Assembly (NCBI RefSeq): GCF_006345805.1
Contig: NW_021824846.1
Coordinates: forward strand, 1 to 64,000
Reading direction: 5' to 3'
DNA length: 64,000 nt
Source of the DNA: Octopus sinensis
Lineage: Eukaryota
The notes beneath the pieces were generated by a model that did not search any database, was not told the DNA's origin, and worked only from the letters and a program-made list of their open reading frames with translations. Both the position numbers and the translations under genes were made by a program. Of the stretch, positions 11,758 through 24,500 are shown one piece after another. Positions within the stretch are counted from its first letter, which is position 1; each line of letters begins with the position of its first letter.

Positions 11758-11782
11758 TATATATATATATATATAATTACAT

Positions 11783-12162
11783 TGCGTGGTAAGTAGCTTG
11801 CTTACCAACCACATTGTTCCGAGTTCAGTCCCACTGCGTGGCACCTTGGGCAAGTGTCTTCTACTATAGCCTCGGGCCGACCAAAGCCTTGTGAGTGGAT
11901 TTGGTAGACGGAAACTGAAAGAAGCCTGTTGTATATATGTATATATATATATATATATATATGTGCGTGTATTTTGTGTTTGTCCCCCTAGCATTGCTTG
12001 ACAACCGATGCTGTTGTGTTTATGTCCCCGTCACTTAGCGGTTCAGCAAAAGTGACCGATAGAATAAGTACTGGGCTTACAAAGAATAAGATTAAAGGCG
12101 GTGCTCCAGCGTGGCTGCTGTCAAATGACTGAGACATGTAAATGAGTAAAAGAGTAAAGAGT
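11783..12162 (+). mobile_element. tRNA-derived SINE
   Basis: A-box-like tggtaagtagcttg and B-box-like gagttcagtcc, then ggcaccttgggcaagtgtcttc, an internal (TA)n and an (agtaaag)-like tail. Confidence 0.8.
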
Positions 12163-12210
12163 ATATATATAATTACATATATATATATTTATATATATAT
12201 AATTACATAC

Positions 12211-12257
<47 letters not shown>

Positions 12258-12288
12258 ATTTTAAATTTACAATTTTAAATATATATAT

Positions 12289-12344
<56 letters not shown>

Positions 12345-12547
12345 AAATTTTAAATTTAAAATGTTCTCTAACCGGTAAATTGACTGCTGCTACTTATTAG
12401 CTGCAGGGTAGTTTTCCGATCTCAGCACGCCAAAGTGAAGGCACTTGAAAGATACACATAAATATAATCGGTTGGACTCTATGCATGCGAGACACCGGTC
12501 AAACGTTTTTGCATCTTGTCCTGCAAATTGTATTTCTATATGACAGA

Positions 12548-12614
12548 CTATGCTGACGAGATTGCAGGTATCCATGTGCGTGGATATTAACAATCGAAAC
12601 TGATCGGTACATAG
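12548..12614 (+). ncRNA. Canonical type I hammerhead ribozyme motif
   Basis: CUAUG CUGACGA GAUUG-(inner uauccau/guggaua hairpin)-CAAUC GAAA CUGAUCGG UA|CAUAG. Stem III is near-palindromic. Predicted cut after 12609. Confidence 0.82.
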
Positions 12615-12823
12615 GTAATCATTTTTATTTCGTATATTTTCATTTGTCTTGCTTATTTTTAATGCTTGTACTGAGTTTTCTTGAGAACATATTCTTTGTG
12701 GAAAATAGCAATTTGACTTCTAGCATGTTGATCGTCCACTTTTAGTGGTCAGTCCTCTAAATTTTATATATATATATATGAATGAATGAAAGAATGGAGT
12801 CGAACGAAGATGTTAACAAAATT

Positions 12824-12916
12824 CCTTTACTCTCGACATATGTTTCGAAGACAACATGGTTTCATTCCAAAGGAATAAAGGGTGCATTATGCAATCTTCT
12901 TATCAGGAAAGAAAGG
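12824..12916 (-). ncRNA. Type I hammerhead motif with a G8A core change
   Basis: CCUUUCUUUC CUGAUAA GAAGA-(~43 nt)-UCUUC GAAA CAUAUG UC|GAGAGUAAAGG. Stem I is 10 bp with one bulge and one G-U pair, stem II is 5 bp, and stem III is palindromic. Confidence 0.7.
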
Positions 12917-13019
12917 GAGCCTCTCTCGACAACAAGACAAACAAAAATTTCGATGACTGCCTACATGGTAAACAAAACGATAATGAGTGCTTTTTAAAAA
13001 AACCGTTAGAAGAATTGAC

Positions 13020-16000
13020 GTCATTTCCGCAATCTCCGGGTATTCCCGGCAATTTTCGGCAATCTCCGGCTATTTCCGCCTATTTCCGGCAGATTTCAAA
13101 TTTTCCCTAAGAATTTTTGAAAATTTTTCCGAAAATTAATTCAAAATTATCTCCCAAAATTTTTCTCAAAATATTTTGACAATTTTTTCCGACAAAATTT
13201 TCCTCAAAGATTTTCGAGAATTTTCCACCCAAATTTTTGAAGCTTTTTCCCAAGAATTTTCCTCAAAAATTTTTGGAAAATTTATGAAAATTTTCCTCAA
13301 ACCTCCTGTAAATTCCGGGTATCTCCGGCAAATTCCGGTATTTCCTAGAAATTCCGGTAATTTCCGGCAATTTCGGTAATCTCCGGAAATTTCCGGCAAT
13401 CTCCTTTAGAAAACCTTTTTGAAAATTTTTCCTAAAAATTTTTCTAAAAAATATTCCTCAAACATTTTTGAAAAGTTTATGAAAATTTTCCTCAAATCCC
13501 CTGTAAATTCCGGGTATCTCCGGCAAATTCCGGTAATTTCCTAGAATTTCCGGAAATTTCCGGTAATCTCCGGAAATATCCGGCAAACTTTTTTTGAAAG
13601 TTTTTCCTAAATTTTTTTCATAAAAATTTTTCAAAATTTTCCTTAAAAAGTTTTTGTAAATTTTTCCCAAAAATTCTTCAAAATTTTCATCAAGAATTTT
13701 TGAAAATTTTCCCGAAAAATTTTTTTTTAATTTATGAAAATTTCCCCCAAATCTTCTAAAAACTCCAGGTATCTCTGGCAAACTATGGATATCTCTGGTA
13801 ATTTCCGACATTTTCCTGCAATTTCCGGATATTTTCTGTAATCTCCGGCAATTTCCTAAAAACTTTACGCCAATTTCCGGTTATTTCCGGCAACTTTTGG
13901 CAATCTCCACATATTTCCGGCAGATTTCAAAATTTCCCCAAAAAATTTTTGAAACTTTTCTCCAGATATTTTTGAAAAACTTTTTGAAATTTTCCCCAAA
14001 ATTTTTGAAAAATTCTTTAAAAGATTTCCCCAAAAAGATTTGAAAAAGTTTTTGAGAATTTTGTAAAATTTTTAAAGAAACTTTTCAAAAAGTTTTTCAA
14101 AAATTTTTGGGGAAAATTTTGAAAAAATTTTCAGGAAAGTTTTCGAAAAATTTTTGAAAGAGTTTTGAGGAAAACTTTTTTTAATTTTGCAAACAATTCC
14201 AGGAAAATTTTCGAAATACTTTTCAAAATTTTCCCCCAAAATTTTTTTAAATTATTTCAAGATTTTCATGAAAAACTTTTGAAAATTTCTACCCCAAAAC
14301 TTTGAAAATTTTTGCCATAAATTTTTGAAAAATTTTCGAAAATTTTCGTCAAAAGTTTTTGATAATTTTCACAAAAATATTTGAACATTTTTCCTATATA
14401 TTTTTGTAAATTTTAAAAAAATTTTCCTCAAAAATTTTTGAAAATATTCCCCAAAAATTTTTGAAAATTTTATACAAATTTTCTGCCATTTCCAGTTATC
14501 CCCGGCAATTTCCGAGAATCTCAGGCAATTTCCGGATATCTCCGGTAACATCCGTCAACATCCGGCAATTTCCGATAATTTCCGGCAATCTCTGGCAGTT
14601 TTCCGTCAATTTTCGGAAATCTCCGACAATTTGCTGCAATTCCCGGTAATCTGCGGCAATTTTCGGTAAACTCCGGCGATTTCCGGATATTTCCGACAAT
14701 TTCTGGCAATTTCCGGTTATCTCTTGCAATCTCCGGTAACTCCCGGTATTTTCCGGTAATCTCCGGTAAATTCCACAATCTCCGGCAGTTTCCGCTAATC
14801 TTCGGGAATTTACGGCATATATGGCTTTTTCAGGTAATTTCCGGCCATTTTTGGCAATCTCCGACAATTTACGGTAGTTTCCTGCAATTTCTGGTAATTT
14901 CCGTTAATCTCTTGCAATCTCCGGTAACTTCCGGAATTTTCCGGTAATTTCTGGAAATTTCCGTTAATTCCGGTAATATCCGTCAATCTCCGTCGGTATC
15001 CGTCAATTTCCGGTAATCTCCGGTAAATTGGGTAATTTCCGGAAATCTCCATTAATTTCCGGTAATCTGGAATTTTCCGGCAATTCCCGGTAATCTTCGG
15101 TAAATTCCGGCAGTTTACGGCAATCTTCGATAGTTTCCGTCAATTTCTGGTAATCTCCGACGGTTTCCGGCAATCTCCGACAGATTCCGGCAATTTCCGG
15201 TAATCTTCGTTTATTTCCGGCAGTATCCGTCAGTTTCCGGCAATTTCCGGCAATCCCCGTCGAATTCCGACTATCTCCGACAATTTCCGGTAATCTCCGG
15301 CAATCCACGGCAATTTTCGACAATTTCCGGCAATTCATTAATGGAAATTTTTTTTTGAAAATTTTTCTCCAAAATTTAAAAGAATTTTCGCCAACAATTG
15401 TTGAAAACTTTTCCCAAATATAATTCAAAATTTTCTCCCAGAATTTTCCGTAAACATTTTTGACAATTTTTCTAAAATATTTTTGAAAATTTTTTTAAAA
15501 AACTTTTGAAAATTTTCCCCTAGAATTTAAGAAAAAATTATTCAAAATTTTCCTTCAAAATTTTGAAATCTTCCGGAAATTGGCGGAAATAGCCGAAGAT
15601 TGCCGGAAATTGACGGAAATTACCGCAGATTGCTTGAAATTGCCGGAGATTACCGAATAGACCCTTAAATATCCGGACATTACCGGAATTTCTGGAAATT
15701 GCTGGAGATATTCGCAGTTTGCCGGGGATACCCTGAGTTTGCCGGAGATGTGACAAAAACTTTCATAAATTTTTCAAAATTGTTAGGGAAAAATTTTGAA
15801 AAAGTTTTGGGAAAAATTTTCAAAATATTTGTGAAGAGAATTTTAGAAAAGTTTTCGTGGAAAATTTTGGGGCATAATTTTGAAAATGTTTTGGGAGAAA
15901 TTTTCAAACTTTTTGGAAATTTTTGAAATCTGCCGGAAATTCACGGAAATTGCCGGAGATTGCTGAATATTGTCGGAAAATACCGGAAAATGCCGGAAGT

Positions 16001-17685
16001 TACCGGATATTGCAAGACATTACCGGAAATTGCCTGAGATTGCAAGAAATTCCCGGAAATTACCGATAATTGCCAGAAATTAACGGTGGTTACCGGAAAT
16101 TGCCGGAAATATAGGGAAATGCCGGAGATTACCGGGAATTACAGGAAATTTCCGGAGCTGCCGAAAATTTCCGGAAAACGCCGGAGATTGTCGGAAATTT
16201 CCGGAGCTGCCGAAAATTTCCGGAAGTTGCCGGAGCTGCCGAAAATTTCCGGAAGTTGCCGGAGATTGCCGGAAATTGTCGGAAATATTCGGAGATTACC
16301 GGAGATTGCCGGAAATTACCGGCGATGTCCGGTGTTTACCTTAGATTTGGAAAAGTTTTTAAAATTTTACAAAAATTTCTGGGAAAAATATTCAAAAATT
16401 TTGGGTGAAAATTCTCTAACTTTTAAGGAAAATTTTTCAAAAATTTTTGGGAAATATTTTCAAAAATGTTTGAGGAAATTTCAAAAATTTTTGAGGCAAA
16501 TTTTCAAAAAATTTTTTAAAGGGTATTGACGAAAATTTTTTTTTCAAAAAATTTGAGGAAAATTTAAAAAAATTTTTCAAAATTTAAAGAAATTTTCTTT
16601 ATAAAATTTTTCAAAATCTTACTCAAAAATTTTTGAAAATTATTTGAAACTATTCCACAAAACTTTTGAAAATTTTCTTAAACAATTTTTTAAAGTTTCT
16701 ACCAAAAATTTTTGCAAATTTTCGTCAAAAATTTTTTCAAATTTTCCCCAACAATTTTTGGAATAATTATACCAAAAATTTTTTTTTTAATTTTTTGAAA
16801 ATTTTCCTAAAAGATTTTGAAAATTTTCCTCAAAGATTTTTGAAAATTCTTCCCAAAATTATTTGAAAAATTTTCCTTAAAACTTTTTGAGAATTTTCCA
16901 AAAAAACTTTTGAATATTTTTTCTCAAAATTTTTGTAAAATTTTTGAAAATTTTCCCCAAATATTTTTGAAAAATTTATGAAGATTTTCCTCAAATCTCC
17001 GGAAAACTCCGGGTAGCTCCGGTAATTTCCTTAAAAATTTCCGCTAATTTCCGGCAATCTTCGGCTATTTCCGGCAGATTTCAAAATTTTCCCCAGATAT
17101 TTTTGAAAAATTTTTTGAAAATTTTGAACAACTTTTGAGGAAAATTTTTTGAAAATTTTCAAAAAATGTTTCAGAAATTTTTTCAAAATTTTCATAAATT
17201 CCCCAAACATTTAAAAAAATTATTTCAACATTTTCCTCAAAAACTTTTGAAAATCTCGACAACAAATTTCTGAAAAGTTTTCCCCAAAATTTTTGAAAAC
17301 TTTCAAGAATTTTTGAAAACTTTCCTCAAAAATTTTTGAAAAATTTATGAAAATTTTCTTCAAATCTCCGGCAAACTCCGGGTATCTCCAGCAAACGAAT
17401 ATCTCCGGTAATTTCCGGCAATTTCCGGTAATTTCCCTAAAAATTTCCGGCAATCTCTGGCTATTTACGGCAGATTTTAAAATGTTCCCCAAAATTTCTT
17501 GAAAAATTTCTTTAAAATTTTATCCAAAATTTTTGAAAAATTTTTTGAATTTTTTCCCCAAAAAGATTTGGAGGATAGTTTTCAAAAATTTTTCAAAAAT
17601 TTTTGGTGAAAATTTTAACAATTTTTTGAAAGTTTTCCCCAAAAAGATTTGAAAAATATTTTGAGAATTTTCAAAAGTATTTCAA
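13020..17685. repeat. Bipartite 10-bp-periodic satellite: (CAATTTCCGG)n blocks alternating with (GAAAATTTTT)n-like blocks
   Basis: Exact 10-bp register is visible at 15241-15340. Junction motifs recur. The segment ~15575-16335 is in the opposite orientation. Confidence 0.9.
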
Positions 17686-18242
17686 TTTGTGTGTGTGTGC
17701 ACGCGCGCGCATTTATGCGTATGTGTAACCAACCATGAAGAACAAATCAACAATACAAAGAAATAAAATACCAATCTCTTTAAAACGGAAACCACTTTAA
17801 GAGCACGAGAATCACCATCCCACTACATTTACGCATTCAAAGCAGCTTGCCAACGGCCCTTCACCAACAACATACCCTGATAGGCTTTGTGACTACTACT
17901 AAATTAAGGCCACTACAGAGAGATAGAATGTTCTTGAAGCCGAGGATTTTAAATTTACAGAGACAATATTTACATATCACCTGAGGAAACACAACTAGAT
18001 CTCATAATGTAGGGAAATAGTTTCTTAATCAAGTACCTGCACATCTGAAGAACTACGTTGCGTCCAAACAATTGTAGTGATTAAAAAATAAATGTCCAAC
18101 CGTACTCTTCTTGTTGACTCCAATTTTTTCAATTATCTATTCACACACGACAGATGCCCAAACGCAAACCTGGAAATACATATATACTGTATTCTACTAT
18201 GTTCTTAACAGAATATACTATAATTATATATATACATATATA

Positions 18243-18371
18243 AGACGGGCTTCTTACGATTTACGTCAACCAGATATACTCACAAGTCTTTGGTCGGCCC
18301 GAGTCTATAGCAGAAGACACTTGCCCAAGGTGTCACGTAATAGTACTGAACCCAGAACCATGTGGTTGGGA

Positions 18372-18372
<1 letters not shown>
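18243..18372 (-). mobile_element. Partial tRNA-derived SINE of the same family as 11783
   Basis: ttggtcggcccgag..agaagacacttgcccaaggtg..actgaacccagaaccatgtggttgg is the reverse complement of 11805-11930. Confidence 0.8.
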
Positions 18373-18431
<59 letters not shown>

Positions 18432-18651
18432 TATATATCTGTATATATATATACGGCAAGATGTGTGTGTGTGTGCGTACGTGATTGTAGTTTATGCACA
18501 TCCACAAATTAGCACGCATGTCGCTCAAATTTTAGGAGGACATTCGTCAACATCCTATCTGGGTTTTGTCAGCTTATTTTTTTCCCGAGGCACTCGCGGA
18601 TAGCGGTAAAAATATATTTTCAGCCATAAGTTTTAGCGGTAAAAATTTATC

Positions 18652-18926
18652 TTCAGCCATAGCTTTTTGACAGCGTCTAACAAAAAAAAAACAAGATAAA
18701 GAAAAGTGCCTCTCTTCTTCGAGAGGTAGAAAGTTTCACGGGAAACATAAAGTGAGAGAGGGAGAGAGAGTAAGTGACAACGTTCATAAAAATCAATTTT
18801 CAGCCATAGCTTTCTGACGGCGTCTAACAAAAAAAAAACAAGATAAAAAAGTGGAAGAGAAGCAGAGTTTCACGGGAAAGACAAAGTGGGAGAGAGAGAG
18901 AGAGATTATGTGACGACGTTCATAAA
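18652..18926. repeat. Two diverged direct repeats, offset 147 bp
   Basis: ttcagccatagc..gcgtctaacaaaaaaaaaacaagata..gtttcacgggaaa..acgttcataaaa at 18652 and 18799. Confidence 0.8.
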
Positions 18927-18989
18927 ATATAAAATGTAAAATGTTTTTCATTTCTTAAACACGAGATGTGTTTACTGTACTTTTTACAC

Positions 18990-21525
18990 AAAAACTTTTC
19001 ATACTAATAACTTTTCAGTAAATATTAGTTAATTGATTAATAATAAGATTATATTTATCCAAGAGATCCCTAAAATATCAAAAGTTTTCAGAAAACAAAA
19101 TGTGTCAAAATATTGCAAATAAGGACTAAAAACCAAGAATTTTTCACTTTTTTATGCTTATTTGCAATATTTTCACATTGTTTTCTGAAAACTTTTGATA
19201 TTTTAGTGATCTCTTGGGTAAATATAATCTTATTATTAATACGTTAACTAATATTTACTCACAAGATATCAGTATAAAATGCTTTTCTAAGAAAAATATC
19301 GACGCATATGTGTACAAATTATTTTGTGAAACAAGAAATTTGAGTTTACAATACTCAATATGCTCATTTGTAATATTTCTGACATTTTCTGAAATCTTTT
19401 GTGATTTGAATGATCTCTGAAGTAAATATTATCTTATTAATTAATATTTACTAAAAAAAGTTACATAACATGTCACAGAAACATAACATGTCACACATAG
19501 GCTAAAAAACACTAAAAAACAACAATTTCTTTTTTGCAAATTTGTTTACATTTTCATGCTTATTTACAAAATTTTGTGACAGTATTCTATGAAGTTTTGA
19601 GACCACAAAGTTGCAAATTGAAATTTGTTGTTTTTTAGTGTACCTATTACACATATGCGTCATCACTTTTCTAAAACAACTTTTCATACTAATAACTTTT
19701 CAGTAAATATTAATAACTGACTTTTCATAAGTTTATATTTACCCAAGAGACCTTTGTAGTCACAGAACTTCATAGAAAACTAATGTCACAATATATTGCA
19801 AACATGCTATTTGCAAATAAAAAATCGTTTTTTAGATTACACATGTGACGTGTATTTTTGTTGAGAAAAACTTTTCATAGTAACTTAGTCCTTAGATGAG
19901 CAAAAGGTGTCAAGGTAGATGTAAGATCTCAGAAGGTCAAGCAAATGGAAGTCTCCTGGAGAGGATAAAATTCCTAATTTATTGTAGAATTCCTTCCCGG
20001 GAGCCATGAGATGCTAACCTAGTAGGATGCCTTTTTGGCTTGTTAATGGTTTAAAAGTGAAGAAACAAATGAACCAAAAACTATAGACTCATAACCTGCT
20101 TAAATATATAAAATATATAAAATATATAAAAACCTGTATAAAAAACCTGTATAAAAATCTATAGTTTTTTTAATAGATAGCAGCATATTCCCTAATGAAC
20201 AGAACGGATGTTGTAAAGATCAGCTACTCATCAATAAGATGATCTTAGATGATTGTCACAAATGACTTGATAGCCTACCAGTAGCTGGATTAAGAAATGT
20301 CTGGAAATGTATAAAATAGCGCCTACTCTGAAAACTTTTTGTCTGTAAGTATGAGATCACTAACTCTGAAAAGTGACGATGAATCTCAAAATGCTAGTGA
20401 TGTAAAAATTTCATGTGGCATTTTCCAGTGCGACTCACTATCACCACTCCTATTTTGTTTAGCCTTAATACGTCTCTACACTAATTGATAATAAGATCTT
20501 AGTTAGGGACCAAAAAAGCATCAAAACTTTTCAGTATACAAAATGTGTCAAAATATTGCAAATAAGTACTAAAAAACAACAAATTTGAATTTGCAATTTT
20601 ATTTACTTTTTATGCTTGTCTGCAATATTTTGACACATTTTGTTTTCTGAAAAGTATTGTGACTTCAGTGATCTCTTGGCTGCTCAATTAGCAATTTTGT
20701 TCACATTTTTATGCCTATTTGCAAATTTTGGCACATTTTGTTATCCCATGTATAAATATAATATTATTAGTCAGTTAACTTATAGTTACCACTGAGATTA
20801 CTGAAATCACAAAATTTTTCAGTGGATAAAATGTCTCATATTATTGCAAATAAGCATAAACATATTTACCAAAAAGATCACGGAAATCACAAATGTATTC
20901 GGAAAACAAACTTTGTCAAAATATTGCAAATGAGTAATAAAAAGCACCAAATTTGAATTAGCAATTTTATTCACTTTCTTACGGTTATTTGCAATATTTT
21001 GTCAAATTTTGTTATCAGAAAACTTCTGATAACGTAGTGATTTTTTGGATAAATATAATCTTATTATCAGTCAGTTTACTAATATTTAACAAAGATATCA
21101 CTGAGACCACAAAAGATTTTGGAGAACAAAATGTGTCAAAATATTGCAAAATATATAAAAAAGAGATCAAAAATTCTAATTCGCATTTGTTGTATTTTTT
21201 CAGAAAACAAAATATGTCAAAATATTGCAAATAAGCATAAAGAAGTGAATAAAATTGCTAATTTAAATTTCTTCTTTTTTAGTACTTGGTTGCAATGGAT
21301 AAAGATAATCAGTAAACCTATAATCACATTTGTGTTTTTTACTTTTTTATGCTTATTTGCAACTTTTATGATTTTAGTGATCCCTTTGGTAAATATAAGT
21401 TAACTAACTGATAATAAGATTATAGTTATCGAAGAGATCATTAAAATAACAAAAGTTTTCAGAAAAAAAAATGTGTCAAAATATTGCAAATAAGCATAAA
21501 AAATGAACAAATTGCTAATTCAAAA
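18990..21525. repeat. Transition zone of diverged satellite-related units in both orientations
   Basis: Motifs aaaagttttcag, gtcaaaatattgca and tatatttatccaagagatcactaa occur forward and reverse (e.g. 19015-19125 vs 19155-19260). Confidence 0.8.
19900..20480 (+). mobile_element. Degraded RT fragment of an RLE-type non-LTR retrotransposon (R4/Dong-like)
   Basis: Broken frames give WKSPGEDKIPN, EQNGC..CKDQLLINKMILDDC, WIKKCLEMYKIAPTLKTF and KISCGIFQCDSLSPLLFCLAL (GIFQGDSLSPLLF motif). Confidence 0.8.
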
Positions 21526-24500
21526 TGTCAAAATATTGCATATGTGTACTTGAAAAACAACGGAAAATTTAGTGATCTTTTAACTGATGGATAAAATGCT
21601 TATATTTATCCAAGAGAACACTAAAATCTCAAATGTTTTCAGGTTAGTAAATGTCAAAATACAGCATATGTGTACTTGAAAAAGAACAAAAAATTTAGTG
21701 ATCTCTTAGCTAAATATAAGTTTATTGATTGATAAAAAGTTTATATTTATCCAAGAGAACACTAAAATCTCAAAAGTTTTCAGGTTAGAAAATGTCAAAA
21801 TGTTGCATATGCGTACTTGAAAAACAACAAAAAATTTAGTGATCACTTAGCTAAATATAAGTTAACTGATTGATAAAAAGCTTATATTTATCCAAGAAAA
21901 CACTAAAATCTCAAAAGTTTTCAGGTTAGAAAATGTCAAAATATGTGTACTTGAAAAACAATAGAAAATTCAGTGATCTCTTAGCTAAATATAATTTAAC
22001 TGATTGATGAAAAGCTTATAGTTATCAAAGAGAACAGTAAAATCTCAAAAGTTTTCAGGTTAGAAAATGTGAAAATATTGCATATGCGTACTTGAAAAAC
22101 AACAAAAAATTTAATGATCTAAATATACGTGTACTTGAAAAACAACAAAAGATTTAGTGATCTATTAGCTAAATATAAGTTAACTGATTGACAAAAAGCT
22201 TATATTTATCGAAGAGATCACTAATATCTCAAAAGTTTTCAGGTTAGAAAAGTTAACTGATTGATAAAAAGCTTATAGTTATCCAAGAGAACAGTAAAAT
22301 CTCAAAAGTTTTCAGGTTAGAAAATGTGAAAATATTGCATATGCGTACTTGAAAAACAACAAAAAATTTAATGATCTAAATATACGTGTACTTGAAAAAC
22401 AACAAAAAATTTGGTGATCTCTTAGCTGAATATAAGTTAACTGATTGATAAAAAGCTTATATGTATCCAAGAGAACACTAAAATCTCAAAAGTTTTCATG
22501 TTAGAAAATGTCAAAATATTGCATTTGCGTACTTGAAAAACAACAAAAATTTTAGTGATCTCTTAGCTAAATATAATTTAACTGATTGATAAATGCTTAT
22601 ATTTATCCAAGAGAACACTAAACTCTCAAAAGTTTTCAGGTTAGAAAGTGTCAAAATATTGCATATGCGTACATGAAAAAAAACATGTGTACTTGAGAAA
22701 CAACAGAAAATTTAGTGATCTATTAGCTAACTATAAGTTAACTGATTGATAAAAAGCTTGTATTTATCCAAGAGAACACTAAAATCTTTTTAGTTAACTG
22801 ATTGATAAAAACTTTTTATCCATCAGAATACAAAATGTCAAAATATTGCATATGTGTACTTGAAAAACTACGGAAAATTTAGTGATCTTTTAAATGATGG
22901 ATAAAATGCTTATATTTATCCAAGAGACACTAAAATCTCATATGTTTTCAGGTTAGTAATGTCAAAATATTGCATTTGCGTACTAGCTAAATATATTGCT
23001 AAAAAGCTTATATTTATCCAAGAGAACACTAAAATCTCAAAAGTTTTCAGGTTAGAAAATGTCAAAATATTGCACATCTGTACTTGAAAAACAACGAATA
23101 ATTTAGTGATCACTTAGCTAAATATACGTTTATTGATTGATAAAAAGCTTATATTTATCCAAGAGAACACTAAAATCTCAAAAGTTTTCAGGTTAGTAAA
23201 TGTCAAAATACAGCATATGTGTACTTGAAAAGGAACAAAAAATTTAGTGATCTCTTAGCTAAATATACGTTTATTGATTGATAAAAAGCTTATATATATC
23301 CAAGAGAACACTAAAATCTCAAAAGTTTTCAGGTTAGAAAATGTCAAAATATTGCATATGCGTACTTGAAAAACAACGAATAATTTAGTGATCACTTAGC
23401 TAAATATAAGTTAACTGATTGATAAAAAGCTTATAGTTATCCAAGAGAACAGTAAAATCTCAAAAGTTTTCAGGTTAGAAAATGTCAAAATATAGCATAT
23501 GCGTACTTGAAAAACAACAAAAATTTAGTGATCACTTAGCTAAATATAAGTTAACTGATTGATAAAAAGCTTATATATATTCAAGAGAACACTAAAATCT
23601 CAAAAGTTTTCAGGTTACAAAATGTCAAAATATTACATATGCGTACTTGAAAAACAACAAAAAATTTAGTGATCTCTTAGCTATATATAAGTTAACTGAT
23701 TGATAAAAACAACAAAAATTTTAGTGATCTATTAGCTAAATGTAAGTTAACTGATTGCTAAAAAGCTTATATTCATCCAAGAGAACAAAAATCTCAAAAG
23801 TTTTCAGGTTAGAAAATGTCAAAATATGTGTACTTGAAAAACAATAGAAAATTCAGTGATCTCTTAGCTAAATATAATTTAACTGATTGATAAAAAGCTT
23901 ATAGTTATCCAAGAGAACAGTAAAATCTCAAAAGTTTTCAGGTTAGAAAATGTGAAAATATTGCATATGCGTACTTGAAAAACAACAAAAAATTTAATGA
24001 TCTAAAAATACGTGTACTTGAAAAACAACAAAAGATTTAGAAATCTATTAGCTAAATATAAGTTAACTGATTGATAAAAAGCTTATATTTATCCAAGAGA
24101 ACACTAAAATCTCTAAAGTTTTCAGGTTAGAAAATGTCAAAATATAGCATATGCGTACTTGAAAAACAACAAAAAATTTAGTGATCACTTAGCTAAATAT
24201 AAGTTACTGATTGATAAAAAGCTTATATTTATCCAAGAGAACACTAAAATCTCAAAAGTTTTCAGGTTAGAAAATATCAAAATATAGCATATGCGTACTT
24301 GAGAAACAACAAAAAATTTAGTGATCTCTTAGCTGAATATAAGTTAACTGATTGATAAAAAGCTTATATGTATCCAAGAGAACACTAAAATCTCAAAAGT
24401 TTTCATGTTAGAAAATGTCAAAATATTGCATTTGCGTACTTGAAAAACAACAAAAATTTTAGTGATCTATTAGCTAAATATAAGTTAACTAATTGCTAAA

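Noticed and set aside
13166-17492. RLPEI/GN-repeat and FLKIF-repeat ORFs resembling repeat proteins
   Set aside because: They arise in several frames on both strands from 10-bp DNA repeats and are broken randomly.
18045-18080. Hammerhead-like CTGAAGA...CAAA-CAATTG-TA
   Set aside because: GAAA is changed to CAAA, stem II does not close and stem I is weak; at most a dead remnant.
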